From the human T2T-CHM13v2.0 reference genome, Homo sapiens: a stretch of DNA of 64,000 nucleotides. Positions 42,660-54,917 of the stretch are shown in pieces. The notes below the pieces were generated by a model. The model made no database searches, had not been told where the DNA came from, and worked only from the letters and a program-made list of their open reading frames with translations. How positions within the stretch are numbered: the first letter of the stretch is position 1; the number at the start of each line of letters is the position of its first letter. The DNA lies in the NCBI RefSeq assembly GCF_009914755.1, contig NC_060929.1; one strand, given 5' to 3'. A program made the translations under genes and the position numbers.

Positions 42660-43830
42660 TATCTATTCAACAAATTTTTATTGACTGCCACCATATGCTA
42701 AGAACAACTCTAAAGGCCAGGGATATAGCAGTGAACTATGAAATAACTAGGGCTCTTGAGTCGTGGTAGGAGAGATGAAAAATAAACAAAAAGAAAAAGT
42801 GAAATCTATATAAGGATTATATGATAACAGTTTGCAGGGAGAACAATTTAAAAAGAAGAGGGGATGGGGAATGCCAGGAACAGGCATGGTGAAGATATAA
42901 TTATTAAAAACAAAATAAAAGGATAGCCTCACTCTGAAGATATCCAAATAAAGGATGGAAAGAGGTGAGGAAAGAAAACAATGGCATATCAGGCTGATGC
43001 AAGTTCTGGCTGAAGGACTTGAGAACATGAAGTACCTGAAGCAGGACTTTGCTTGGATAGTTGTGGGAATGGAAGGAGACCAGAGTGACTGGACCAGAGG
43101 AGGAGGAGTAGGAGCTGAATCTGAGAGGCCACAGGAAAAAATAGTAGATTATTATAAAGACCTTCAATTTCATTTTGGGGAAAATCAGAAGTTACTGAAG
43201 TATTCTGAGCAAAGAAGTGACCTAATGCCACCTAGACTGGAGCAGCCTCACTCTGCTGAGGGGTGCAAAACAGGCTGAAGCAGGGACACTGGTCAGGAGG
43301 TGGTGCAGCAACACAGGTGGGAAAGTTGGTGGCCGGAACCAAGCTGGTTGCCATGGTGATGGTGAGAAATGGGCAAATTCTGGGTTATATTTTGAAAGAA
43401 TGCTGGCTGGATTTGCTGATTGGATTGGAATTGGGAGTGTGAGGAAAAAAAGAGTCAAAGACAACAACAAAGTTTGGTCTGAGATCAGGAAGGCTCCAGG
43501 AGGAGCAAGTTTGCTGGGAAAGAGCAATACTTTGGTTTTGGACATGCTCAGTTTCAGGTATAGAGGAGACATCATGGTGGAAATGACAGGAAGGCAGTTG
43601 AATATGAAAGTCTGTATCAGGTGAGAGATCCAGATCGGTAGAGACTTGACAAACAATGGCATATAGACTTTGAAGTCTTGTGATTAGATGAGGTGTAAGA
43701 GATACGCAGAAGGAGGACAGAAGACTGCAAGGACTAAGCTTGGGACATGTCCATGCTAAGACTTTGGAAAGCTGAGGAGGATGCAGCAAAGGAGGATGCA
43801 GAGTCCTCAAGGGAAAAGGGGGAAAGCCAG
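42660..43830 (-). mobile_element. L2 LINE
   Basis: attcaacaaatttttattgactgccaccatatgctaag (L2 tail) and ggttatattttgaaagaatgctggctggatttgctgattggattgga...ttttggacatgctcagtttcagg. Confidence 0.85.
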
Positions 43831-45044
43831 GGGAATGAGATGCCTTGAGACCCTGGGGAAGAGAGGTGTCTTCTCTAAATGGTAGGTATTCAGCATCAGT
43901 GTAGAGACACCTGCTTTGTAATATTTATTTGGTCATGGGATTCACATGCCTTGACTTACACATAGGTTAACATTAAATTTAATTTGCATATTTTGGAGAA
44001 TTGACCAATTTATAAGAGAGAAACAAGAGGAAAGAACAAATGCCAGAACTTATGAAATCTTCAAGATTAACTGATTACATATCAGTAAACCAAAATTACA
44101 TTACATTAAGACTGCCGTTAAATTAATTTAGTAATGCTTCACCATGAAGATTATCTTAATATTTGGCTCAATTTTTAAAAAAAACTTTTTTCTTAATTTT
44201 TTTACAAAAAAATTTTTCTATAACTCAAAAAAATATTTTGAGTTACAGTTTATACATTAAGGGGGAAGCCATTCTCCATTCACATATTCCCATATATTAT
44301 ATAAGTTGAACTTTTTTCCAGGCAACTGCATAATTTAAGTAAGTTCTGACCCATTTCTTAGTCACTGCCCTGACTGGACTTGACCTGACTGGGGAGCACA
44401 CATTGAGTTCAAAGAACACTCTGCTCTGACATTAGCCCCATAGGAATAGGCCACTTTAAAATGCAAATATGTAAAATTAAGAAGGAAGATAATCATATTG
44501 GAGTAAGCATCTTATTTTGGAGAAAAATTAGAACTGAATTTTATGCCAATGATAATATTCAAGCTTTGTATTATCATAGAAATTATGATTTTGTTTTATC
44601 TTTTAACTAAAACCAAAGTCAAAGATTTCTTACAAGTATGAGAAAAGTGAATTTAAAAATAAAATAGAGCTATATGAGATATGTGCAGCATTGCTTCTAT
44701 TATTGCATACAATCATAGCTCAGAACTGTAAGAGTCTATGTTACTACACATAAAGCAACAATATACAAACTTCTATGTAATTGTATTTTCCCCTTTTAGA
44801 AATGGAGAGAATACCAATCCTGTTTACCTAATCAGACAAGATTATGTATTTTAAAGCATTTTAAAAACTATAGAATATCGCACAACACCAACGGAGTAAT
44901 TCAGTGTGACTTTCCTTTAATGGATGAAAAGTTTTAAAGCACTAGTTATTCTTCAGTTGGTAGGAAGGCATTTATCTGTAAATTCATACATCCTCAGGCA
45001 ACTGTGCTGATATTCAAATTTAGTTATTCAAAATGTGGCTTTCA

Positions 45045-45341
45045 TTTTTTTTTTTTTTTGGTGGTAGGGTCTCCCTCTATCATCTAGACCTGAGTGCAGT
45101 GGCACAGTCTCGGTTCTGCAACCTCCACCTCTCAGGCTCAAGCAATTCTCAGGCCTCAGCCTCCTGAGTAGCTGAGACTACAGGCACGCACTACCACACC
45201 CAGCTAATTTTTGTATTTTTTGTAGAGACAGGGTTTTGCCATGTTGCTCAGGCTGGTCTCAAACTCTTGAGCTCAAGCGATCTGCAGGCCTCGACCTCCC
45301 AAACTGCTGGGATTACAGGCATGAGCCACCACGCCTGGCTG
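45045..45341 (-). mobile_element. AluJ
   Basis: Dimeric Alu with AluJ-type gagacagggttttgccatgttgctcaggctggtctcaaactcttgagctcaagcgatc. Confidence 0.9.
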
Positions 45342-45831
45342 GGATATTTTTATGTTGAACATTCCCATTCTAGCCATGCGCTTCTTACCTGGACTTCATT
45401 AATATATATATACATATGTTAGACCAGCATTTTGAGGTTAGAAATCATGAATCAAACAGTAAGGTTTCCTGGGATATATTAGACAAAACAAAATTGAACC
45501 CTGGTATGTTTGAATTGGGAGTAGTCCTGGTACACTATGACTTTCTGGTTCAGAGATAAAAGCCTTAAATGGCCTCTTAAACTTTAAGGATTCTTAGCCA
45601 TTCAATATCTCCCTATGCCATTTTGATGAGACTAGTGTAAATGAATCATAGGCACATAGATTAAATTCCCCACGAAATACTCATGACTATGAAACATTTA
45701 AGAAAAAGTGGGTAAAGAGTCAAATATGTTTTGCTGACTCCTCAATATTTTCAAGATGGACACAGACACAGTCAGCACATTCAAAACAAGCTAACAGTGA
45801 CCAAAAGTGTCTGCATTTGCTCTTATATCAC

Positions 45832-45957
45832 CAGTCTTTATGTCTTCTTCAATTGTGAGGAAGAAAAGCTCTTCAACAATACAGTTCACATTTCAGTCTC
45901 AGTAGCTGGGGTAATCTGATCTCCTGATTTTACTCTAGGCTTACTTTGAATGTGACC
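45832..45957 (-). pseudogene. Fossil exon H
   Basis: cttactag|GHIQSKPRVKSGDQITPATETEM*TVLLKSFSSSQLKKT*RL|gtgata; 126 nt, phase 0 to 0; modest splice sites. Confidence 0.4.
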
Positions 45958-46177
45958 CTAGTAAGTTTAAAATTCTTTATACTGCCTACCTTACACTCCT
46001 GACTAGCTAGTTAGCTAAATAGAAATGAGGGTTAGACCAAAAGAGGACTATCTTACAGCGAAGTATAGGTCTAGGCAGTTTTCTATCTATTTAGTGAATT
46101 ATTACAGAAGTCCTCAAAATGGCCTTCTAGGAGTCTAGAAAAAGTAAACGTATTTTCCATAAGCATCCACAATCTGT

Positions 46178-46387
46178 CTTTTTTTTTTTCAATTATACTT
46201 TAAGTTTTAGGGTACATGTGCACAATGTGCAGGTTAGTTACATATGTATACATGTGCCATGTTGGTGTGCTACACCCATTAACTCGTCATTTAACACTAG
46301 GTATATCTCCTAATGCTATCCCTCCCCCCTTCCCCCACCCCACAACAGGCCCTGGTGTGTGATGTTCCCCTTCCTGTGTCCATGTGT
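46178..46387 (-). mobile_element. Short 5'-truncated young L1PA 3' end
   Basis: ttatactttaagttttagggtacatgtgcacaatgtgcaggttagttacatatgtatacatgtgccatgttggtgtg matches the L1PA terminus. Confidence 0.95.
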
Positions 46388-47125
46388 CTTAGTAGTAAAA
46401 CCAAGAAATAATCTCATCTGATTTTAATGCAAATTACACCCATTTCCAAACATGCTGGCTTTTTAAAACAATATTTTTTATTAAGATTTACAATGGAATT
46501 TCAAAAATGCAGCCATTTACACTAGGTTGATTCTTATTTCACTTTATGTACATGAGTGGTTTTTCAGCTTTAAAGTTTTAAAGAATTCAGCTCAGTATTT
46601 TGGTGTTTCAGCACTTTCTATTTTGAAAATGAGCCAAATATTGATGTGGTCAGATCTATGATCCCTCAAACCATTAAAAGTTATAACTCTGTGATAAATA
46701 TAATGTAGCAGTGTTCCAAATTGGCAACTCATATTAAGTTTAAGAATAGGAATTACCTACAAAAAATTTCCAAGTTACCATATATCTGTCTCTGTGATAA
46801 TGTCATGCTCCCTAGCGATGCTCTCAAATGGTAGAATGAGTCACTGGCCCTTGTCTTTTCAAATTTTATCCATGAAAATAAAAGTAAACTGCTAAAGATA
46901 ATCTAGAATTTTGTACTCTAGCAGGTTTCAAATATAATTGCTTCTGTGTTTTTTGGTATAAAGTTGCTCCCATGGAGATTATAATTCTGATTTTTTTCCT
47001 ATTCTATGCATTTCAAGAGCTAAAATAAGTGTGGGAAAGGATATCTATATATATCTATACCTCTATACATATTCCAACTAAGATAGTGAAGGGTTTAACT
47101 TTGTGTATTACTTAGACCTAATAAT

Positions 47126-47128
<3 letters not shown>

Positions 47129-47172
<44 letters not shown>
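47129..47172. repeat. (TA)n microsatellite
   Basis: Uninterrupted TA run. Confidence 0.95.
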
Positions 47173-47175
<3 letters not shown>

Positions 47176-47221
47176 CAAGATTTTAAAGTATTAGGTAATA
47201 AGTGCACATAAGATTTCGTAC

Positions 47222-47318
47222 TTTTTGTCGTTTTCTTCTTTTAAATTATGCATCAGATTTTCTTGTCTCCAATTGCTGAGGGTGTATCTTCTCTTCTTAT
47301 TTGCTATCAACATTATGA
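47222..47318 (-). pseudogene. Fossil exon G
   Basis: tatatttttag| phase 2: (F)HNVDSK*EEKIHPQQLETRKSDA*FKRRKRQK|gtacga. Another frame is open, so the frame is uncertain. Confidence 0.4.
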
Positions 47319-47639
47319 CTAAAAATATATCCTCCAACATGTCTAAAAGTCTTATTTTAGATAGGTGGATTTCAAACCTTGCTTTGCTTATGGGTAAATT
47401 AGGCAAAGAGAGGGTGCTGTGGTGGAGGAGCTCCATCGTCCTCCATCTCCAACCTTGAAGAGCTCAATTTGGAAACCAGTGTGGTAGCCCTGTATAGTGA
47501 AAGTCATTTACTAACTTCTCTTCCATGGCAACCACAGTAAATATTATGCTACAATGTGGACTCTAAAATAAGAGATTAAAAGCTAATATTGATCTATGAA
47601 TGTATGACAATAATAGCACCACGAATAAACCCAAGTCCA

Positions 47640-48067
47640 ACACTTTATTGCGTCTCCCCCAGAAATCATGTGTTGAAGTCCTAACTCCTCGTACGTGAGA
47701 ATGTGACCTTACTGGAAATAGGATTGTTGCAGGTATGATTCATTAAGTGAAGATGAGGACATATTGCAAGAGAGTAGGTCCCTAATCCAGTGTGCCTCAC
47801 GCCTTTATAAAAAGAACACCATGTGAAGAGACAAACACGTACACAGAAGGAACACTATGTGAAGACTGGATGGATGCTGCTACAAGCAAAGGAACTACCA
47901 GAAGCTACAAGAGAGAACTGGAACAGTTCCTTCCCTAGCTCCTTTACAGGGAGCATGGCCCTGCCAACACCTCGATCGTAGAATTCTCACCTCCATAACT
48001 GTGAGACAACACATTTCTGTTTAAACCACTCTGTTTCTAGTACTTTGTTTCAGCAGAAAACTCATAC
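47640..48067 (+). mobile_element. MaLR LTR (MLT1B/C-like)
   Basis: tgttgaagtcctaactcctcgtacgtgagaatgtgaccttactggaaatagg...gagcatggccctgccaacacctcgat...gtactttgtttcagcagaaaactcataca. Confidence 0.85.
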
Positions 48068-48269
48068 ACCACTCATTCCTCAATTTTCTGCATTCTGACT
48101 TCAACTCCTACCATACCAATGAAGTGCTTTTCACTAAGTAGTGGCCTCTTTTCAAGTCAGTCAGCTCATTCTACTTCTAGCTTTTCAACTACTGACTTTC
48201 CCTTTATAAAGCCTCTCTTGATCATTATTTTCCGATTTTTTTTTTTACTAACAGTTCTGAATACTCCTC

Positions 48270-50965
48270 ATTTCATTCCTTCAACAATCATTGAGAGTTT
48301 ATGTGTCATGTAAAAAAAAGAATTCTTCGATGCCTAAAAGTTTCTATGTTAAAGGAACATAAAGTTGGGTGGGAGAGAGAAGTAAATCAATGAGTAGATT
48401 TTCATTGTACACAGTATGAGAATAAACAGGAAGCCCTCTTAAGCCCATTCTACAGGTTTAGGCAGACATCCTTTTAAAAGATGATATATCAGATATGAGC
48501 TGGAACATGAGGAGGAGTTACCTTGACAGGAATGGAAGATGTAAGACCTGAGCCAAGAGGAAGAGGGTGTTCTAGGCAAAAACAGCAAAGAAACAAAGGC
48601 TCAGAGACAAGAGAGAATCATGAACGCCAGAGAATTGTGATGAAAACTGTGTGCAGAATGAAAGAGAGGACCTGACAAAAGAACAGAACAGGCGTCGGGT
48701 TCTGATGGGCCATATATGCCATGTTACAGCTTGGCCTCTATTCTGAAAGCAACAGATAGTCACTGAAAAGTCTTAAGCAGGAAATATATATTATCATATT
48801 TATCCTCTAGAAAAAAATGTTCTGAGCATTGTGTGAAAAACAGATTAGTGGGAGTAAGCAAAGCCAAACACAGAGGATACAGTCAGGAGGTGGTGGTAAT
48901 ATTTCAGAAGACAGATGATGGTGGCTGCTATGGTTTGAATGTTTCTCCCCTTCCAAAACTCATATTGAAATTTAATAGTCATTGTAACAGTATTAAGAGG
49001 TGGGACCTTTAAGAGGTAATTAGGTCATGAGGGCTCCACCCTCATGGGAGGCATTGGTGCCCTTATAAGGGCAAGTTCAGTCCCTTCTTGCTCTCTCCTG
49101 CCCTCTCACTTTCCGCCATATGATGTCACAACAAGAAAGCCCTCGCAAGATGCTGGCACGTTGATATTGGACTTTCCAGCTTCCAGACTGTAAGAAATGA
49201 GTCTCTGTTCATTATAAATTACCCAGTTTTAGGTATTTTGTTATAGCAACACAGACTGACTTAGCTTAACCTAAAGTAATACCCATGTATATAAAAAACT
49301 TTGGAGAATACTAGAGGTGAAACTGATATAACTTGACAATTGATTGGACATGAGGGATAAATAAAACAATTCAAAATGATTATCAAGTTTCTGGCTTGTA
49401 CAATTTAATAAAATCTGATGTCACTCATTCAGACTGAAATATGGGGGAGGAGAAAAGGGGGAGGTGGTAGAGCAGATTGGATGAGATGGGAAGGGAATGG
49501 AGGCAAGGAGGCTCTCTTGGACACATCAGTGAGTTTGGACATCTTGTGCAGACATATCTAAAATATAAGCCTAGGGTCTAGGATATCCAGATGAAAGACT
49601 GATAAAGGGAATGCCTGAGAAGGCATGGATGTGAAGAAGACCACCAGCATATCACAATCATCTGTGGAATTTCTGAATAACTTAGGTGCCTGGGCCCCAA
49701 TCCCTAGTAATTCTGATTCAGATGATCGAGCATAGCAAGCGGATGGCTGCATTTTAAAAGGCTTTGCAGGTGATTCTGATGCATAGCCATGGCTAAATAC
49801 CTCTGGAATATGGGGTAACAGCAGAAAGTGCTGACAAAAGAACACTGCCATTTCAGTGGTAGGCAGAGGATCAAGAAACCCCAAAGAAAACTGACAAACT
49901 GCAGGCTGTTAGCTAGGAGCCCATGGAGGAATAGACTGTTTTATGCACAGAGAGTGGCCTACACTCTTCAAATACTGAAGAGAATCTGAGTAAAACAAAG
50001 ACTAAGAAAAAATTTCCTGGATTTAGCACTAAAAATGTCAGTATATTTGGTGTAGGAAAGTGCAAAATTGAGAGTAGATGCAAAATTATTTGGCTGTTAG
50101 AGGGAGGAAGGCAGTAGGCAGAGGAGGACCCATGAAAATTTGCTTTAGCACTGTTATGCTTTGCTTTTTGAAGGAAGTGTTTTAAGTATGTTTAAATGCC
50201 CATGTTAAAGACTTAGTCCATGGCTAAAGCTGGTGATCCAAGACAAGTGGCAGGTGAAGGAGCAAGTCAACTGAAAAGGCAGAAGCAGGTGGGACTCAAG
50301 GTACAGGAGCAGATTTCTACCTCAAACAGAAATAGGATGGAAATGTCCATGTGACCAAGAGACAGAGTTTTTATTGGGAAAAAAGGACACAAGGCTGACT
50401 AGAGAAATGAATGGGATTTTGGCAGTATTGAGGCTCCATCCAATTGGGTCTGGAGAGTATGAACTTGCTGTGGCACCAGTGTAAGTGGTTGTGTTTTTCT
50501 CTGGAAACACAAGGGTTAAAAATGGGGAGATCACACAGGTGGATTAATCCTGGCTTGTTATCTCCTGTTTGGGTTTATGAGGAGAACAATGAAGGGTTAG
50601 CAAGAAAGCAGTTGAGAAATAAGACTATTAGGTCTTTAACGTAATAAGAGGAGCTAGAAAGAAAGAAAACTATGCTTAGAGTGTGGGATATTTGAGTTTA
50701 AGATTTTGAGGTTGGTTGGAGCAGTTCTGGCTGATGACAAAGTTCAGAGTGTGGCCATGGAGGTGAATTGCCAAGGTAAAACTGAAGTCAAGATCAGTGG
50801 ATATAAGGAAGGGGGATATGAGAAAATAAGGTTCTCACCCTTGATTGCACATTAGGGTGATTTGGTGGCTATAAAATCTTTCAACACTTCAGCCCCAGTG
50901 AAATCAGGATCTTTGTGGGTAGAACCAAAGCATGAATACTTTTAAAAGTACAAAGATTGAGAACC
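48270..50965 (-). mobile_element. Fragmented L2 with nested MST LTR (about 48926-49258, +) and MER5-type elements (about 49660-49803 and 50820-50965)
   Basis: L2 tail cattccttcaacaatcattgagag; MST start tgctatggtttgaatgtttctcccc; MER5A gggccccaatccctagtaattctgattcag...caggtgattctgatgcatagcc. Confidence 0.75.
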
Positions 50966-51743
50966 ACAGAACTCAGCTGTCTGTTTTGTCTAACTGAATT
51001 TTGAAGTCACTCAAGGTCATGAATTGTAGGGATATTTTTGGTTTCAAGACTTTTACTCAGCAAAGTATTGAGATGAAGAGAATGGCAAAATAGCCAGCAT
51101 GGGGAAGAAACAAAGAATTCCAACAGCTCTTAAATATTTTGTGGTTTATTATAAAAAGATAAATGGAACAAGGATTGTATTGTCAGACTTCTTTCTTATG
51201 ATAACCTAGAGAAATCTCCTATACTCTCATTTCCTCTTTTTTTTTTGTGGCCCCCTAGAGTAGGAGTATAAATAAATCCCCACTTTCTTTGTAAAAGTTC
51301 AATTGTAAAAGTTCAATTAGGCAAGTTAGAGCTATAAGCCTATAAAACACTCCAGACTCAACTCTGCAATTTCCATCTTCACACTTCAGGTGGCTGTCTT
51401 AGATTTAGTTTCTTAGACTAGGGCCTGCCCTTATTAGTTTTTCAATTACCACCCTCTTCCAGAGACTGGGTAACTGATCAGGTCTATTCCAGAGGTTGTA
51501 TATTAGCAATACCCTTTGCTTCACACAAAAAAAGCTAAAAATTAATGGATATCCTTTATGTTTCCTGGAGTGAGCACCTTCATCTGAGATGCATTGAATA
51601 GGAAGCCAGCTGAGTTCTTCTTGTCACCATGGTGACTTTAGCATCCCTGAATTATAGGTTCTCACAGGAGTTCACCCAGGTGAAGGCTTTGAATATGATC
51701 AGAAAGCAAACCTGCTAGGCCCCTAAATGATGCTTCAGCTTAC

Positions 51744-51816
51744 AAAAGTATCAAAATAATGATTGGGTATTCCCTAGCATAGTGGCTAATTCCTAGTAGT
51801 TTCTCACTGATTAAAT
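51744..51816 (-). pseudogene. Fossil exon F
   Basis: aatatctttcag|(D)LISEKLLGISHYAREYPIIILIL|gtaagc; open, phase 1 to 2; good splice sites. Confidence 0.6.
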
Positions 51817-52011
51817 CTGAAAGATATTTTCCTCCCTGTTCTCCTTCCTGCAGCAACAAAGCCCAGGCTTTTCCTGGGAAGTCTAAGGTTGCAAAAGATC
51901 TTGGTTATAAACAACAGTAGTCAGAATGTCCCTAGGAAGCCAGGCTTTTAATTTATCAAGCATTCCCTGGCAGTGAGGCATCCAAATCATTTTACTTGAC
52001 TTTTTCCTTAC

Positions 52012-52112
52012 CTGATAAATCAGCAAAGAACAAGAATATGATGCTAAATTAGTCTGTGCAAGAATGAAAGCCAAAGTTTCCAAATTTTCTGTGCCCAACA
52101 ACTATGTGAAAT
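52012..52112 (-). pseudogene. Fossil exon E
   Basis: gttcatttctcag|...TATCAG|gtaagg; phase 2 to 1 frame FHIVVGHRKFGNFGFHSCTD*FSIIFLFFADLS joins exon F in frame. Confidence 0.55.
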
Positions 52113-53477
52113 CTGAGAAATGAACTCCAATCAGTAACATTAATGACTTAAATTTGTATGACTTTACAGTTCAGTATATTTATACGTTATAGTTTATATT
52201 TTCATATCTTTTATGTCATCTGATCTTTAAAAGAGTTACAAGTATTGCCTCTTTTTAAAAGAAAATGACTTCTGGCTTCAGAAGATAAAACTTGCCAGAA
52301 GTTAAACCTGAAATTAAGTGGCTCACTGGACCCCAAGTTCAAAATCAGATATTTTGACTTAGAAAACAGAGTTCTTTCCGCTACACTATTTTCTTTATAT
52401 ATATATATGCACACACATATGCACACAAACACATACCCACACACTATATATACGAATGTATGCATACACACATATATTTTAAGAGGAAAATATAATTCCA
52501 GGGGGAAAAGTATTATTGCAGGTATCAATAACCATTTGGGACAAATTTAAAAGGTCTTAATTCTAATTTGCTGTGAAAAGTCATGCCAGAGTTATTACAG
52601 CATCAAAAAGTAAAACAAAACAAACAACTTCAGTTCCATCTGATGTAGCTGACTTTTTGATGAGACTAAAACTGTGTAGTTCATCATCTCCATCCAAGTT
52701 CAGATCTCAAGTCTATGATCTTGACTACCTTAATGTATGGCTATTATTATCTTGATGATCACATTGGCTTTGCTTTCGGCACACCCCGATCTCTCTCCCT
52801 TTCTTCTGATTTTCTCCACTCAAAACAAGAGGGGTATTTTTCTCCGACATTTGTCTCTTCCATGCCCAATCTTAAGGAAGACCTACTGTAGTTGCCAAAG
52901 CGCATCAGCACCTGGGAGACTATTTTAGAATGACTGACATCATTCTCCTGACACTCACCATCAGCCCAATTCTCAAACAACATAAGGTCTGAGAACACAG
53001 AGTCGGGTGCTGTAAACTCAAAGAAGTACTTTAAACCATGGCAAATTCATCACCCCTCCAAAGTGCTGACTAATATCTTGGGGCTAGTTCTTTTCCAACT
53101 CAGCTCATATCCCATTATCACCACATCTCTTCAGTCTTTTTGTCCTGATTCTTTATCGTTGTGATCACCACCCAGTAAGAAAACCCTTCCTTTGGCCTTG
53201 CTCTTACCATATTTCATTGATATTATGATGACACTGATTGTGAGATGCATTATTAATTGCTTAATGGTTTTTCAGGACAAAAATAAACACTAACCTTATT
53301 AAATGAGCACATCAATTGCATGACTCATCCAAATTTCAGAAACGTTAAAATAATAAATAATGCTTCAAAATTGTCAAAAATACAGAATATCCTTGCTCAC
53401 ATCCTCATTTGGCATAGTTTCTTCTGCTCCAACATTTTCTGTAAGACCCTACCCTCTCACTTTCCTGTACCTCTAGT

Positions 53478-53545
53478 ACAGTGCTGTTCAATCGAATTTT
53501 CTGTGGTGATGCTAATGTTCTAAAATCTGTGCTGTTCAATATTAG
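53478..53545. mobile_element. MER3/MER33-type DNA transposon fragment
   Basis: cagtgctgttcaatcgaattttctgtggtgatgctaatgttctaaaatctgtgctgttcaatat. Confidence 0.7.
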
Positions 53546-54917
53546 ACAACTACATCTTATACCTAGGCCAAACTTTTTCTTCCTAAGCTAGCTTGCCCTG
53601 TTGCCCTCAATAACAACCTTAATCACAGTGATAATTTCTTCAGACTCACCTCCACTTCACTTTAGAAAGACAAAGTCGTGGACTTGGTCACCTCCAGCCC
53701 TGCATCCCAGTGCTTGGAGCTCTGTTGTTCTGTTCCATCTCCGAGGCTTGAAACTGTCTCAATTTCCCCTCTCTAAATAAATCTATTATCTTCCTATCAC
53801 TTAAACTTCCTAGCTCACCCTGATCTTGGTATGTGCCCTCATGAGAACAACCAGGTCCCCAGAGTTCCAATTCCTGACCTTTTATAAACCTTGATACCCA
53901 CCGCCTTCTGTACCTTCTAGACTGTTGAGCGTTACTAGAAAAAAAGATTAGTCATCTTGACTAGATGTTCGATGAATCGTGCTATTTACATTTAAGGAGG
54001 GTTCAATGTTTCTCTGCAATGCTATTTTTAACAAGTGATTGAAAAGCTTTATGTTACTTTTAAATTCACAACATTACCTCACTTTCCTTTACTGTCAATA
54101 GAAAATAATAATGGCAATGATAGTAAAAAATAGCTAACATTTCTGTGCATTTATAATGTGGTATATGCTACTCTAAGCAGTTTATATGCATCATATCAGT
54201 TAACTATCATAAATATTATTTGGCCTTACTATTTTTTATCACTTTACAGAAGAGAAAATATATATAAAGCAGCCCCGTTGTGTTGAGAGGATAGAAGCCT
54301 TCTTACATGTAATTGCTTTTTCTCCCTCATTTGAAACCACTACTCATTTTCTGTTCTTTTCCTGTATTTCAGAAAAATAAGATTTTCACTTTCCAGACTA
54401 AATGGATCCATGCACGCTCTTAATTCTATCCCCATTCTATCCTTCAGGACGTTTCTCCTAATTCCATCCCCTGTTCCATCCTTTGGGGCCTTCTCTGTCT
54501 CTGACATCTTCAGTCTATCCCTCCTTTCCTTCACATACTCCTGCCCCTGATCACAATGGTTCTTTCCACTCTATCTACAAATTCTCACTTAATGAACAGA
54601 AAGTTAAAAGATCTTCTCCCGAATTTGTCATTTTTTTTTCAGCCTCCTCCCTTTGCTTTACCCCTTTAAGCTTCCTGAGAGACTGGGAAGGGCAGTGTGA
54701 TGCAGTGAGGAACATGTTCCCAGGCAGCCATCAGGGAGGAGGCCACAGAGACGCTGTGGCACAAACGTGGTAGTACTCGGCTTTAATCTGCAATGGATGA
54801 GAATGTCTGAGCAGACTGATGCACAGAGGAATTATGTGGCCTCTGCCTTGTTATCCAACTATTGAGACATTTGGTCTACATCTAATTAAGAATTATTTCT
54901 GGCAGTTTTTCAATTAC

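Noticed and set aside
43222-43810. Long overlapping ORFs of 146 and 141 aa
   Set aside because: They lie entirely in L2 sequence.
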